DNA of 64,000 bases from Dehalococcoidia bacterium (lineage in GTDB: Bacteria > Chloroflexota > Dehalococcoidia > Plut-88900): contig CBDBLV010000004.1 of assembly GCA_965207225.1 (NCBI GenBank), positions 64,001-128,000 of the forward strand, in the 5' to 3' direction. The notes beneath the pieces were generated by a model, which was not told the origin of the DNA, made no database searches, and was given only the letters and a program-made list of their open reading frames with translations. The translations under genes and the position numbers were made by a program. This document shows positions 19,404 through 28,917 of the stretch, piece after piece; the first letter of the stretch is position 1; each line of letters begins with the position of its first letter.

Positions 19404-22400
19404 ATGAGCATGTTCAAAATCGGGATAGACGTAGGGGGAACGTTCACGGACCTGGTGGTCACGAGGTCGGGGGAGGGGCCCCGGTTATACAAGACGCCTT
19501 CGACGCCTCAGGACCCCTCTGAGGGGGTGTTGGACGGGCTTCGGGACGTGGCGGAGGACTACGGGCTGGGGATGACGGAGCTGTTGTCCAATACGTCGAT
19601 GGTCATACACGGGACGACAGTGGCAACGAACACGCTGGTGGAGCGGAAGGGGGCGGGAGTAGGGCTGGTGACTACGGGAGGATTCCGGGACCTGTTGGAA
19701 ATGCGAGAGGGCATGAAGGAGGACCGTTACAACCTTCGGATGAAACAGATGGAAGCCCTGGTGCCCCGGTATCTGCGAATCGGGGTGCCGGAGCGCACCC
19801 GGGCGGACGGTTCGATAAAGGAGGAATTGGACGAGGATGCGGTGGCGGAGACGGTTAAGGAGATGCTTGGGGAGGGGGTTGAATCGCTGGCGGTGTGCTT
19901 CCTGTTTTCGTACCTGAACCCGGAGCACGAGCGTCGGGTGGGGGAGATTATCGAGAGGCTGGCGCCGGGGATGTACACGTCGCTCTCGCACGAGATTCTG
20001 CCGCAGATCAAGGAGTTCGACCGGCTGAGCACGACGGTGGTGAACTCGTATGTCGGGCCGGTGTTCGGCAGGTACCTGACGCGGCTGAAGGAGCGGCTGG
20101 TGGCGTTCAGCAATGACAACGACATCCTGATAATGCAGTCAAACGGCGGCGTGACGCCTATCAACGATTCGAAGAACCAGGCGGTGAAGGCGATCCTGTC
20201 GGGGCCGGCGGGCGGGGTGGCGGGGGCGCAGAGCTTCGGAGAGCTGGTGGGAGAGAGCAACCTGATCGGGTTCGACATGGGTGGCACGAGCACGGACATA
20301 TCGCTTATAGAGGACGGCGTCCCGCACGTGACAACGGAGCAGTTCGAGGGCGGGTGGAAGATTGCGGTGCCAATGATAGACATCCACACGCTGGGGGCGG
20401 GGGGCGGGAGCATAGCGCGGGTTGATCCGGGAGGAATACTGAGGGTCGGGCCAGAGAGTGCGGGGGCAGAACCGGGGCCTGCGTGTTACGGGAAGGGCGG
20501 CGACAAGCCGACGGTTGCGGACTCCAACCTCGTTTTGGGGTTCCTATCGGAGACGAATTTCCTGGGGGGCAGGGAGGCGTTGGACAAGGACAAGGCGGAG
20601 AAAGCGATCAGCAAGAACATCGGAGGGCTGGGGCTGTCGACGGTGGAGGCGGCGTACGGCGTGCACCAGGTGGTGTCGACGAACATGGCGGAGGGGATAC
20701 GCTTGCTGGCGGCAAGGCGGGGAGTCGACCCACGGGACTTCTCTCTGGTGGCGTTTGGGGGATCGGCGGGGCTGCACGTAAGCGAGATAGCAAGGCAGCT
20801 ACACATTGAGCAGGTGTACGTGCCCTCGACTGCGCCTGTTTTGTCGGCGTACGGGATGCTGTCAACGGACCTGCGGTACGACTTCTCGCTTTCTCACCCT
20901 GTGAGTCTCGACAGTATTGACCTGAGGGAGGTGAGACGGCTGGCGGGGGAGATGGAGGAGAGGGGTCGGGTGAGGCTGCGGGAACAGGGGCTGGAGGACG
21001 AGGAAATCCGGGTGTCGGTGTCGGCGGACATGCGGTACCTGGACCAGATATTCGAGGTGAACGTGCCGGTGCCCGACCTGTCGCAGGAGGACTCGGCGGT
21101 GCTGGAGCAGTGGTCAGCTAACCTGCACCGGAGGTACCAGGAGCTTTATTCGTACCAGCAGTCGGACCAGGAGATAAGGCTTGTGACGCTACGGGCGTCG
21201 GTGTTTGGGGCCTTGCCCTCGGTAGATCTGCCCAAGCCGGAAGCCAGAGGCAAGGTGGAGGATGCGCTGAAGGGTGAACGAAGGGTCTACCTGGGCGAGT
21301 GGGCAGAGGTCCCGGTCTACGACATGGAGAAGCTGCCTGCGGGGTGGGAGATGGAGGGGCCGGCGATCGTGGAGTCGGACTTCACTACGATACTCGTACA
21401 GGCTGGGGACCAGGCGTCGGCGGACGGGTACGGCGGGATGCGGATGCAGGTAGCGATAGAGGAGGAAACGGAGGAGAAGGGTCAAGGGGGCAAGCCGGAC
21501 CCGATCACGGTGGCGGTGGTGGAGAGCCGGTTGAACACGATTGCGCTGGAGATGGCGGAGGTGATGATCCGGACATCGATGTCTCAGATCTTGAATTCGA
21601 GTCGGGACTTTTCGACGGCGATAATCGATGCGGACTGCCAGCTGGTGGCCCAGGGTGAAGGGATCCCGGTGCATATAAGCGCGTTACCGCTGGCAGGGAA
21701 GGCAGTGAAGGAGTATTTCGGGGAGCGGATATACGAAGGGGACATGTTCGCGCTTAACGACCCGTATTTCGGGGGGAGTCATATCCCGGACATCACGGTG
21801 ATCCTGCCTATCTTCTATGAGGGAAAGCTGCAGTTCTTTGCCGTGAACAGGGCGCACCACAGCGACGTGGGAGGGGCGACACATGGCGGGTACAACCCCT
21901 CGGCGAGCGAGATTTACCAAGAGGGGATCAGGATTCCCCCGCTGAAGCTGATAGAAAAGGGCGTGCCCCGGGATGACGTGCTGCAGATGCTGTCGGCGAA
22001 CGTGAGGCACCCGGAGAACTTCCTCGGGGACTTGCAGGCGCAGTTCGGGTCGGTGAGGATTGCGGCGCGTCGCATCACGAACATGCTGGACAGATACGGG
22101 GCGGAGGGGCTCAAAGCGTCGGTTGACGAGATCCTGCGTGGGACGGAGGTGCAGGTAAGGGACATGATCTCCTCGTGGCCCGACGGGGTGTACAAGGGGG
22201 AATCGCTGATCGATGACGACGGCTTCGGAGCGGAGATGGTGCCGATCCGGGCCACGGTGACGATAGACGGGGACAGGATGACCATCGACCTAAGCGAGTC
22301 GAGCAAGCAGGTCACGGGATTCATCAACAGCGCGTACGCGAACACGAGGTCGCTAGCGCACGTATCCCTGATGTACATGGCGCCCTTCGACGTGGCGAGG

Positions 22401-23126
22401 AACGAGGGATCGATGAGGCCGATCACGGTGGTGGCGCCCAAGGGTCTTATCGTGAATCCCAACCCGCCTGCGCCTGTGACGATGAGCACCAATCACTGCG
22501 GCGAGGAGATCGTGGAGGCGGTGTTCAGGGCGATGGTGCAAGCGGTACCTGATGCGGTGACGGCAGGCTTTTCTCGACGGCTGAGGTATGCGATCACGGG
22601 CGAAGACCCGAGCAATGGCCGGCGGTTTATCTGGCACTTCTTCCTCGGGAGGGGGGGAGGAGGGGCGTCGAGCGGGTTTGACGGGTGGTCAAACGTGGGG
22701 GAGATCAACGTGGCGGGAGGAATCCGGAGCCCAAGCGTTGAGGTGACGGAGGAGCGTTTCCCGTTTTTCATACCGCGCTACGAACTGCTGCCTGACTCGG
22801 GCGGGGATGGGCGGTGGAGGGGAGGACTCGGGAGCGTGGTGGAATTGGTGTACGAGGGGTCGCCCGGGGCCCGGCTGAACACGGCGGGAGACGGGATAGT
22901 GAATGCACCTTTCGGGCTGCTGGGGGGAAGTCCGGGATGGGCCCATCGGTACAGCATCCTCTCCAACGGGAGCGAACGCGTTTTACATTCGAAGGAGACG
23001 GGCGTGCCGGTGAAACCCGGCGACATAATCCTCTGCTACGCGGCGGGGGGTGGGGGCTACGGCGACCCTTCGCTACGAGACGAAGACTTGAGAAAACAGG
23101 ACTTCAGGAATGGCTACTGTACATAA
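19404..23126 (+). CDS. Fused hydantoinase A/B (5-oxoprolinase-like ATP-dependent amidohydrolase)
   Basis: IGIDVGGTFTD, HGTTVATN, SGPAGG, DMGGTSTD, GAGGGS in the A part; NDPYFGGSH, HHSDVGG, GGGGYGDP in the B part. Confidence 0.95.
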   Translation: MSMFKIGIDVGGTFTDLVVTRSGEGPRLYKTPSTPQDPSEGVLDGLRDVAEDYGLGMTELLSNTSMVIHGTTVATNTLVERKGAGVGLVTTGGFRDLLEMREGMKEDRYNLRMKQMEALVPRYLRIGVPERTRADGSIKEELDEDAVAETVKEMLGEGVESLAVCFLFSYLNPEHERRVGEIIERLAPGMYTSLSHEILPQIKEFDRLSTTVVNSYVGPVFGRYLTRLKERLVAFSNDNDILIMQSNGGVTPINDSKNQAVKAILSGPAGGVAGAQSFGELVGESNLIGFDMGGTSTDISLIEDGVPHVTTEQFEGGWKIAVPMIDIHTLGAGGGSIARVDPGGILRVGPESAGAEPGPACYGKGGDKPTVADSNLVLGFLSETNFLGGREALDKDKAEKAISKNIGGLGLSTVEAAYGVHQVVSTNMAEGIRLLAARRGVDPRDFSLVAFGGSAGLHVSEIARQLHIEQVYVPSTAPVLSAYGMLSTDLRYDFSLSHPVSLDSIDLREVRRLAGEMEERGRVRLREQGLEDEEIRVSVSADMRYLDQIFEVNVPVPDLSQEDSAVLEQWSANLHRRYQELYSYQQSDQEIRLVTLRASVFGALPSVDLPKPEARGKVEDALKGERRVYLGEWAEVPVYDMEKLPAGWEMEGPAIVESDFTTILVQAGDQASADGYGGMRMQVAIEEETEEKGQGGKPDPITVAVVESRLNTIALEMAEVMIRTSMSQILNSSRDFSTAIIDADCQLVAQGEGIPVHISALPLAGKAVKEYFGERIYEGDMFALNDPYFGGSHIPDITVILPIFYEGKLQFFAVNRAHHSDVGGATHGGYNPSASEIYQEGIRIPPLKLIEKGVPRDDVLQMLSANVRHPENFLGDLQAQFGSVRIAARRITNMLDRYGAEGLKASVDEILRGTEVQVRDMISSWPDGVYKGESLIDDDGFGAEMVPIRATVTIDGDRMTIDLSESSKQVTGFINSAYANTRSLAHVSLMYMAPFDVARNEGSMRPITVVAPKGLIVNPNPPAPVTMSTNHCGEEIVEAVFRAMVQAVPDAVTAGFSRRLRYAITGEDPSNGRRFIWHFFLGRGGGGASSGFDGWSNVGEINVAGGIRSPSVEVTEERFPFFIPRYELLPDSGGDGRWRGGLGSVVELVYEGSPGARLNTAGDGIVNAPFGLLGGSPGWAHRYSILSNGSERVLHSKETGVPVKPGDIILCYAAGGGGYGDPSLRDEDLRKQDFRNGYCT

Positions 23127-24354
23127 GGGAAACGATTGCGACCTGGTTATCGCAGGAGCGGGGATCGCGGGGGCGAGCCTTGCGGTGTCGATGGCCCGTG
23201 CGGGGTACGGGGTTCTGCTGGTAGAGGCAACGACCGAGTTCAGGGACCGGGTAAGGGGAGAGTTCATCTTCCCTTGGGGCGTTGTCGAGGCGGGGAGGCT
23301 GGGAGTCTACGACGAGATTCTCGGGGCGGGGGGGCACCATGTTTTCTGGATGGACATGTACGGCGGTCCCAAGCGGTTGTTCCACGGCGACCTGGTGAAC
23401 GACACGGGGGCAGGGGTGTCGGCGGTGACTTTCTTTCACCCGACGATGCAAAGGAGCCTTATGGAGGCGGCGACTGAGTCGGGAGTGACGGTGGTGCGAG
23501 GGACGCGGGTGAAGGGGCTGGAGCGAGTGGGGGGGCAAATCGTGTTGCGAACGGAGGGAACGGTGGCGGAGGAGTTCAGGTGCCGGATGCTCGTGGGAGC
23601 GGATGGGAGGGGGTCGCAGACCCGGGCTTTGGGAGGGTTCCGGGTGAGTCGGGACCCGGATTCCAACATGGTTGCAGGGTTGCTTTTCGACGACATGGGG
23701 GTGGCTGACGATGCGGCACACCATTGGGCCAATCCTAACGCGGGGATAGCGGCAATCCTGTTTCCGCAGGGGAAGGGTCGGGTGCGGGCATATTACTGCC
23801 ACAGGTGGGACGCAGGATACAGGCTGAGTGGCGGTAAGGACGAGGAGAAGTTCATAGAAGGGTTCCTAAGGACGGGGGCGCCGGAGGAGGTGTTCTCGGG
23901 GGCGAGGCCCGCGGGGCCTCTGGCGACGTTCGAAGGGGCGCATACGTGGGTCGACCACCCGTACATGGACGGCGTGGCATTGATAGGGGATGCGGCAGCG
24001 ACGGGGGACCCGACGTGGGGGCAGGGGCTTTCGACGAGCCTGCGGGACTCGCGGCTTTTGAGGGACGCCCTGGTGTCGAATGAGGACTGGGAGTCGGCGG
24101 GGCATGCCTATGCGTCGGGGCACGACGCCTTTTACGAGATAAATCACACCTACGAAGTCTGGACAAGCCACCTGCTGATGGACCCGAATTCTCGGGAGCT
24201 CAGGGCTCGGGCGGTGCCGAAGTTGAAGATGGACCCGTTCGGGCACATGCACGCCTTCTACATCGGGCCGGACAGGTCGCTGGACGAGCGGTCGCACGCG
24301 GAGTTCTTTGCGGAGGTGGAGGACGTGGGGGTGGCCACGTCAGAAAGGCGATAA
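23110..24354 (+). CDS. FAD-dependent monooxygenase/oxidoreductase
   Basis: GAGIAG, VGADGRGS, LIGDAA..DPTWGQG; overlaps the upstream stop codon. Confidence 0.9.
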   Translation: MATVHKGNDCDLVIAGAGIAGASLAVSMARAGYGVLLVEATTEFRDRVRGEFIFPWGVVEAGRLGVYDEILGAGGHHVFWMDMYGGPKRLFHGDLVNDTGAGVSAVTFFHPTMQRSLMEAATESGVTVVRGTRVKGLERVGGQIVLRTEGTVAEEFRCRMLVGADGRGSQTRALGGFRVSRDPDSNMVAGLLFDDMGVADDAAHHWANPNAGIAAILFPQGKGRVRAYYCHRWDAGYRLSGGKDEEKFIEGFLRTGAPEEVFSGARPAGPLATFEGAHTWVDHPYMDGVALIGDAAATGDPTWGQGLSTSLRDSRLLRDALVSNEDWESAGHAYASGHDAFYEINHTYEVWTSHLLMDPNSRELRARAVPKLKMDPFGHMHAFYIGPDRSLDERSHAEFFAEVEDVGVATSERR

Positions 24355-25116
24355 ATGACAACCGAAAACATTCAACGCATCTATCTGGACGGCCGGCACT
24401 ACGATCTGGCCTACAGGAACTTCACGGAAGATGTCGATTTCTGGATCGGGGAGGCGAAGCGTCACGGGGGGCCGATACTGGAACTGGCGTGCGGGACTGG
24501 ACGGATAGCTATTCCGCTGGCGAGGGAAGGGCTTGAGGTGACGGGGCTGGACCTGGTGGGGTCGATGCTGGAGCAGGCGCGGGTGAATTCGGAGGCGGAG
24601 GGGCTGGAAATCGAGTGGGTAGAGGCAGACATGCGATATTTCTCCCTGGGAAAGACGTTCCCGCTTATCATCTGCCCCTCACAGAGCATGTCGCGGATAT
24701 TGAAGGTCGAGGACTTCGAGAATTGTCTGTCTCGGGTCAAGGAGCATCTGACGCCGGCCGGGGTGTTCATAATGGAGCTGTACAACCCGTCGATGGAGAT
24801 CCTCGGTCAGGGGGAGGACAGGGCACCGTTCCTAGAGTACGAACATCCGGACGGCGATGGGACGGTGCGGGTAAATGTCAGCAGCACTTACGACACTGCG
24901 ACTCAGATCCAGCACCTGATACTGCACTATTCACTGCCGGAGGTGAAAGAGCAGCCGACGGAGCATATCAACATCCGGATGTATTTTCCTCAGGAACTGG
25001 AGGCCCTACTCAGATACAATGGGTTCGAGGTGGTGGAGAAGTATGGGAACTTCGAGGGTAAGGGATTTGAGTCGGGGGACGAGTACCAGGTGGTGGTGTG
25101 CGGGGTGAGTCCCTAA
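24355..25116 (+). CDS. Class I SAM-dependent methyltransferase
   Basis: ILELACGTGR, GLDL, ADMR, HLTPAG; start directly follows the upstream stop. Confidence 0.92.
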   Translation: MTTENIQRIYLDGRHYDLAYRNFTEDVDFWIGEAKRHGGPILELACGTGRIAIPLAREGLEVTGLDLVGSMLEQARVNSEAEGLEIEWVEADMRYFSLGKTFPLIICPSQSMSRILKVEDFENCLSRVKEHLTPAGVFIMELYNPSMEILGQGEDRAPFLEYEHPDGDGTVRVNVSSTYDTATQIQHLILHYSLPEVKEQPTEHINIRMYFPQELEALLRYNGFEVVEKYGNFEGKGFESGDEYQVVVCGVSP

Positions 25117-25149
25117 GACGCTCCCCGCCCATGCCGCCCATTAGACCTC

Positions 25150-25195
25150 CTTCGAGAGCCTTAGGACGGGCTTCGATTCCGCCCAGGGTGAGCGG
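25150..25195 (+). repeat. Two tandem REP-like family C units
   Basis: CTTCGAGAGCCTTAGGACGGG plus CTTCGATTCCGCCCAGGGTGAGCGG. Confidence 0.65.
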
Positions 25196-25294
25196 AATGA
25201 TGCCCGGCACCCGTAGGACATAGCCTAAATCTTCATTTACAATCCTCTGCGCCCCCGTGCGATTTCTGAATTCTGAAGTGGGGCGAGACGCTAG

Positions 25295-26539
25295 ATGGCA
25301 GTAGAATCCCAAGCCCTGAGCAGCGACACCGAGGAGAGAATCGGATTTCGGTGGGTGGTGCTGTCCTATTTGGGGCTGGCCAACGGGACGGTGGTGCTGT
25401 TCGTGCTTTCGCTGGGGGTCTTACTGCCATCGATCTCCGATGATCTCGGGCTGTCGCCGACGGCGCAGGGGCTGCTGGGATCGTCGGCGCTGTTCGGGAA
25501 CCTGGTGCTGGCGTTGCCGTTGAGCATCGTGCTGTCCCGGTACAGGGGCAGGGTGGTGCTGCTGGGGGCGCTGGTGGGGATGAGCCTGTTCGGGCTTGGG
25601 CAGGCATGGGCGCCGATATTCGTGGTACTGCTGGTAAGCCGGTGGCTGTTCGGGCAAGCGGCGGCAGCGATGCACCCGGCCAGGACGCTGCTGATAAACC
25701 AGTGGTTCCCGCGCCGAGAGATCATCTTCGCCAACGGTATTTTCAACGGGACTTACGGGGTCGCGGCACTGGCGGCCCTTGTGCTGGTGCCCTTCGTTCT
25801 GGAATGGCTGGACGACAACTGGCGGCTGGTAATCCTGTGCTGCAGTCTGCCCATATTCGCGTACACGCTACTGTGGGCGGTACACGGTCGTAGGGAGAGG
25901 ACTGTGGCCTCGGCGACGCAGGGTGCCAAGGAGAGGTTAGACCTGGGGAAGGTGCTGGGGCAGCCGGTGCTCTGGATTGTCGGGCTGGGGATGCTGGGGC
26001 TGAACCTGATGTGGAGCTCCCTGATCACATTCTGGCCGACCTTGCTGCTCGAGGAGTACGACATCTCTATCAAGACGTCGGGGCAGATGTTTGCGATGGC
26101 GGCGATGCTGGAGGGGGTGGGGAGCGTGGTTGTGGGTTACCTGGTGGCCAAGTGGGCGCGAAGGGACGTGATGGGTCCGACGATAGCGGCACTGGGGACG
26201 GTGGTGACCGTGGGGTCAGTGGGGATGGCGTGGACGGGGAGCATACCGCTGCTGATCATGTTCGCGCTGCTGCACGGGGTGGGATTCTCGCTGGTGCCCT
26301 TCGTATGGACTTTGCCGTACAGGATCCAGGGTTTCGGGGCGCGGGACATAGCGGTGGGCATCGGCTTCATTGAGACGTGCCTGCTGGCGGGAGGGGCCAT
26401 AGGGCCGGCGATGACGGGAGTCATCCAGGACGCCACCGGAGACCTGCGCCTAGCAATGCTGATAGCCTGCTCCTTCGCGGCGGCGATAGCAGTTGCGGGG
26501 CTGGTAGTGACCGTACGCGGACTAGGGAGTCGAGACTAA
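25295..26539 (+). CDS. MFS transporter
   Basis: About 12 hydrophobic segments; WFPRRE...ANGI, G.IQDATG. Confidence 0.88.
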   Translation: MAVESQALSSDTEERIGFRWVVLSYLGLANGTVVLFVLSLGVLLPSISDDLGLSPTAQGLLGSSALFGNLVLALPLSIVLSRYRGRVVLLGALVGMSLFGLGQAWAPIFVVLLVSRWLFGQAAAAMHPARTLLINQWFPRREIIFANGIFNGTYGVAALAALVLVPFVLEWLDDNWRLVILCCSLPIFAYTLLWAVHGRRERTVASATQGAKERLDLGKVLGQPVLWIVGLGMLGLNLMWSSLITFWPTLLLEEYDISIKTSGQMFAMAAMLEGVGSVVVGYLVAKWARRDVMGPTIAALGTVVTVGSVGMAWTGSIPLLIMFALLHGVGFSLVPFVWTLPYRIQGFGARDIAVGIGFIETCLLAGGAIGPAMTGVIQDATGDLRLAMLIACSFAAAIAVAGLVVTVRGLGSRD

Positions 26540-27672
26540 AGACCGTAGATCCCCCGGGCATTGAGGCCCATAACCTTGTCCCGGTCGTCGGGGGGGAGGG
26601 TTTCGAGGCTCTCCTTCAGGCGGGTGACGGGGGCTTCGCAGGAATCACTGTGGGGGTAGTCGAAGGCCCAGACGAGGCGGTCGGCGCCGATGAGGTTGGC
26701 GGTCGGGGCGCCGAGCTCGTCGTCGGGTTCCATGGAGATCCATCCCCGTTCGCTGAAGTATTCGCTGGGCTTCATCTTAAGGGATGTAGTGAAACCTATA
26801 AGCTCGAAGACCTCGTCCATCCTTTCGAGGAAATAGGCCATCCACAAGCAGCCGGATTCGAGGAGGATGATCTTCAGTTCGGGGAACCGGTCGAAGACCG
26901 TGCCCTGGAAGAAGCTGCAGAAGCTGTGCATGAGCTCGGTGGACTCCACGGTGAAGGTCCACCAGGACGGGTGCTTGACCTCGGGGTGGAGGATGGAGGA
27001 TGCCGAAGTGCCGGCGGAGCCGACGTGGAGGGTCACGGGGACGTCCTGGTCCTGGTGCTCGGCCCAGAGAGGATCCCAGTGGGAGGAGCCCCAGGAGATG
27101 TCTCTGGGCGGCCCGGAGGGGCCCTGGATGGCCTTCTTTTCCAGGCCCGAGAAACGCTTCATCTCGGAGACGCTTAGCTCAACATCGTGCCAGGGGAGGG
27201 TAAGGGCGGGGACGAGGCGGTCGGGGTGGGCGGAGCAGAAGTCGACGATCCAGTCGTTGTAGACGGTGCAGTAGGCGTTGGAGAGGGCGGGGTCCTGGAG
27301 GCGGGCGAAGGCGAGGCCGACGGTGGGGTAGAGGATGCTGATGTCGATGCCCTCGGCGGTCATCATCTTGACGCGCTCGTCGGGGTCCCAGGCACCCGGG
27401 ACACGGGCGAGGGACTGTTCCCAGGTGAAGTCGCGCTTTTCGAAGACGTGCTCCTTGCGCCAGGCCTGGGTCGTTCCGATGGCGGCGACGTTGGCGCTGC
27501 GGCCCTTGGAGTAGGTGCTGGTCATCACACCGTCGAAGCTCCAGTACTCGAGGCCCTCGTCGTCGATATCGATGCGGAGGGCGCGGGAGCGGTAGTCGGG
27601 GGCGATGTTTTCGGTCCAGAGGTGTGCAGGTTCGAGGACGTGGCCGTCTACGTCGATGAGTGGGGTTGACAT
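26536..27672 (-). CDS. Amidohydrolase family protein (amidohydro_2)
   Basis: DVDGHVLEP, VYNDW, LHVG, LESGCLW, WAFDYPHSD. Confidence 0.92.
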   Translation of the reverse strand: MSTPLIDVDGHVLEPAHLWTENIAPDYRSRALRIDIDDEGLEYWSFDGVMTSTYSKGRSANVAAIGTTQAWRKEHVFEKRDFTWEQSLARVPGAWDPDERVKMMTAEGIDISILYPTVGLAFARLQDPALSNAYCTVYNDWIVDFCSAHPDRLVPALTLPWHDVELSVSEMKRFSGLEKKAIQGPSGPPRDISWGSSHWDPLWAEHQDQDVPVTLHVGSAGTSASSILHPEVKHPSWWTFTVESTELMHSFCSFFQGTVFDRFPELKIILLESGCLWMAYFLERMDEVFELIGFTTSLKMKPSEYFSERGWISMEPDDELGAPTANLIGADRLVWAFDYPHSDSCEAPVTRLKESLETLPPDDRDKVMGLNARGIYGL

Positions 27673-27733
27673 TGGGTTACCGCCTTTCGGAGAGTGGTCT
27701 CAATTCTACGCCAATAGACATAATGATGGCTGG

Positions 27734-28216
27734 CTACTGTTCGAGGTTGGGGGTGGGTTGGGGACGGGTACGGATGCCCGGGATGAAGCGGAGGGCGAGA
27801 ATGAATAGGATGCCGGTTATGGCGCCGACGGCGGCGAATATGCCAGCGCCTTCGAAGCCACCGAGGAAGGCTCCGACGACTGCTCCGGTGAGCGTGGCTG
27901 TGCCAGCGACCAGGAATCGGAGTTCGATTTCAAGGAGACGCAGGGGGACGATGAGAATTCCCGTAAGGGCGCCGGTGACCAGGCCGATGGCGCCAACGGC
28001 GGCGGCCGAGCGGGGCACCTCCACGGAGCCGCCGATGATGAGGCCGAGGAAGGCTCCCAGAGCGGCCCCGGCAATTGCGCCGCCCAAAGCCCCGAGAAAG
28101 AAGCCGCTCACGAGCCAGACCAGACACTTGCCGGACACGACGCCCATGAGGCGAAGGCGTCGGGGGAAGGCGGATGGGGATTCGGGGTGAGTGTCCAAGT
28201 TGGATTCAGGGGACAT
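27734..28216 (-). CDS. Hypothetical Gly/Ala-rich (glycine-zipper) membrane protein
   Basis: Repeated GxxxG helices (GALGGAIAGAALGAFLG, GAVVGAFLGG); start uncertain. Confidence 0.65.
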   Translation of the reverse strand: MSPESNLDTHPESPSAFPRRLRLMGVVSGKCLVWLVSGFFLGALGGAIAGAALGAFLGLIIGGSVEVPRSAAAVGAIGLVTGALTGILIVPLRLLEIELRFLVAGTATLTGAVVGAFLGGFEGAGIFAAVGAITGILFILALRFIPGIRTRPQPTPNLEQ

Positions 28217-28313
28217 GATGCAAGGTTCCGATGGGGATATGTTAAAGCACGGGGGACGGGTGCGCCAATGAGCGGGAGGGCATGGGGCAACATCCGATTT
28301 GACATATAGTTGC

Positions 28314-28429
28314 TTGATTGAAGGGAGATTGAACTTGATTGAACCCTGATTGAACTTGATTGAAGGCTGATTGTTCTTGATTGAACGTTGATTGAACATT
28401 GATTGAACTCGTAGCTGTTTTGATTGAAC
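28314..28429. repeat. Tandem array of ten (TT)GATTG(AA) units with 10/11-bp period
   Basis: GATTG starts at 28316, 28327, 28337, 28348, 28358, 28369, 28379, 28390, 28401 and 28422. Confidence 0.92.
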
Positions 28430-28510
28430 GACGCCTGAAGGGGGAAAAAATTCATAGGGGCGATTTTTTGGTTGAGTGTGACTGAGGTTAAGATTGACAT
28501 AATGATGGGA

Positions 28511-28810
28511 TTAAAGGCTGAGGTTGCGCTCTAACTTTTCGTTGAGATCGTAGAGGGCGGAGCGCCGGCGGGGGTGGTCAGCGGGGAGTTCGGAGATGAA
28601 GATGAGGGTATCGATGATGTAGCCGGGCTGGGCTTTTTTGCTGCGGCGGGTCTTGCGCTGGACGTTGAGGAACCATCGGTGGAGGAAGGGATAGGGGGCG
28701 AGGGATGGAAGGAGGGATTCCTGTACGCGCTTGGATGCAAGGCCGTGTCTCAGGCGGTTTCGGTTTCCTTTGGGTGCGCCGGCACCGGGGCGCTTTCCTC
28801 CTGAGGGCAT
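28511..28810 (-). CDS. Small basic hypothetical protein with N-terminal GAPKGNRN..HG motif (terminase-small-subunit-like, putative DNA binding)
   Basis: MPSGGKRPGAGAPKGNRNRLRHG; AAGGAAG SD and a sigma70-type promoter upstream. Confidence 0.7.
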   Translation of the reverse strand: MPSGGKRPGAGAPKGNRNRLRHGLASKRVQESLLPSLAPYPFLHRWFLNVQRKTRRSKKAQPGYIIDTLIFISELPADHPRRRSALYDLNEKLERNLSL

Positions 28811-28829
28811 GGGGTTGTCACTTCCTTTG

Positions 28830-28874
28830 GAATAAATGTTTAGTAAGTATGTACAATTAGGGAGTTCGGGTCAA
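28830..28874 (-). promoter_or_regulatory. sigma70-type promoter TTGACC-N17-CATACT with a possible degenerate LexA box near +1
   Basis: -35 at 28869-28874, -10 at 28846-28851. GAATaaatGTTT (28830-28841) versus GAAC-N4-GTTC. Confidence 0.5.
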
Positions 28875-28917
28875 GGGGGATTGGCGCGGTTTGGGGAGAT
28901 ACCCCCTACCCTACAGA

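Noticed and set aside
28314-28429. CRISPR array
   Set aside because: Units are 10-11 bp with no unique spacers, and there are no cas genes.
28108-28500. 130-aa ORF and the 61-aa N-terminal extension of the 27734 ORF running through the repeat array
   Set aside because: Both are low-complexity translations of the array. The 11+11 step changes frame and neither has a convincing SD, so I did not call them as CDS.
28511-28810. Prophage inferred from the terminase-like motif
   Set aside because: No large terminase, capsid, integrase or other phage gene in the window.
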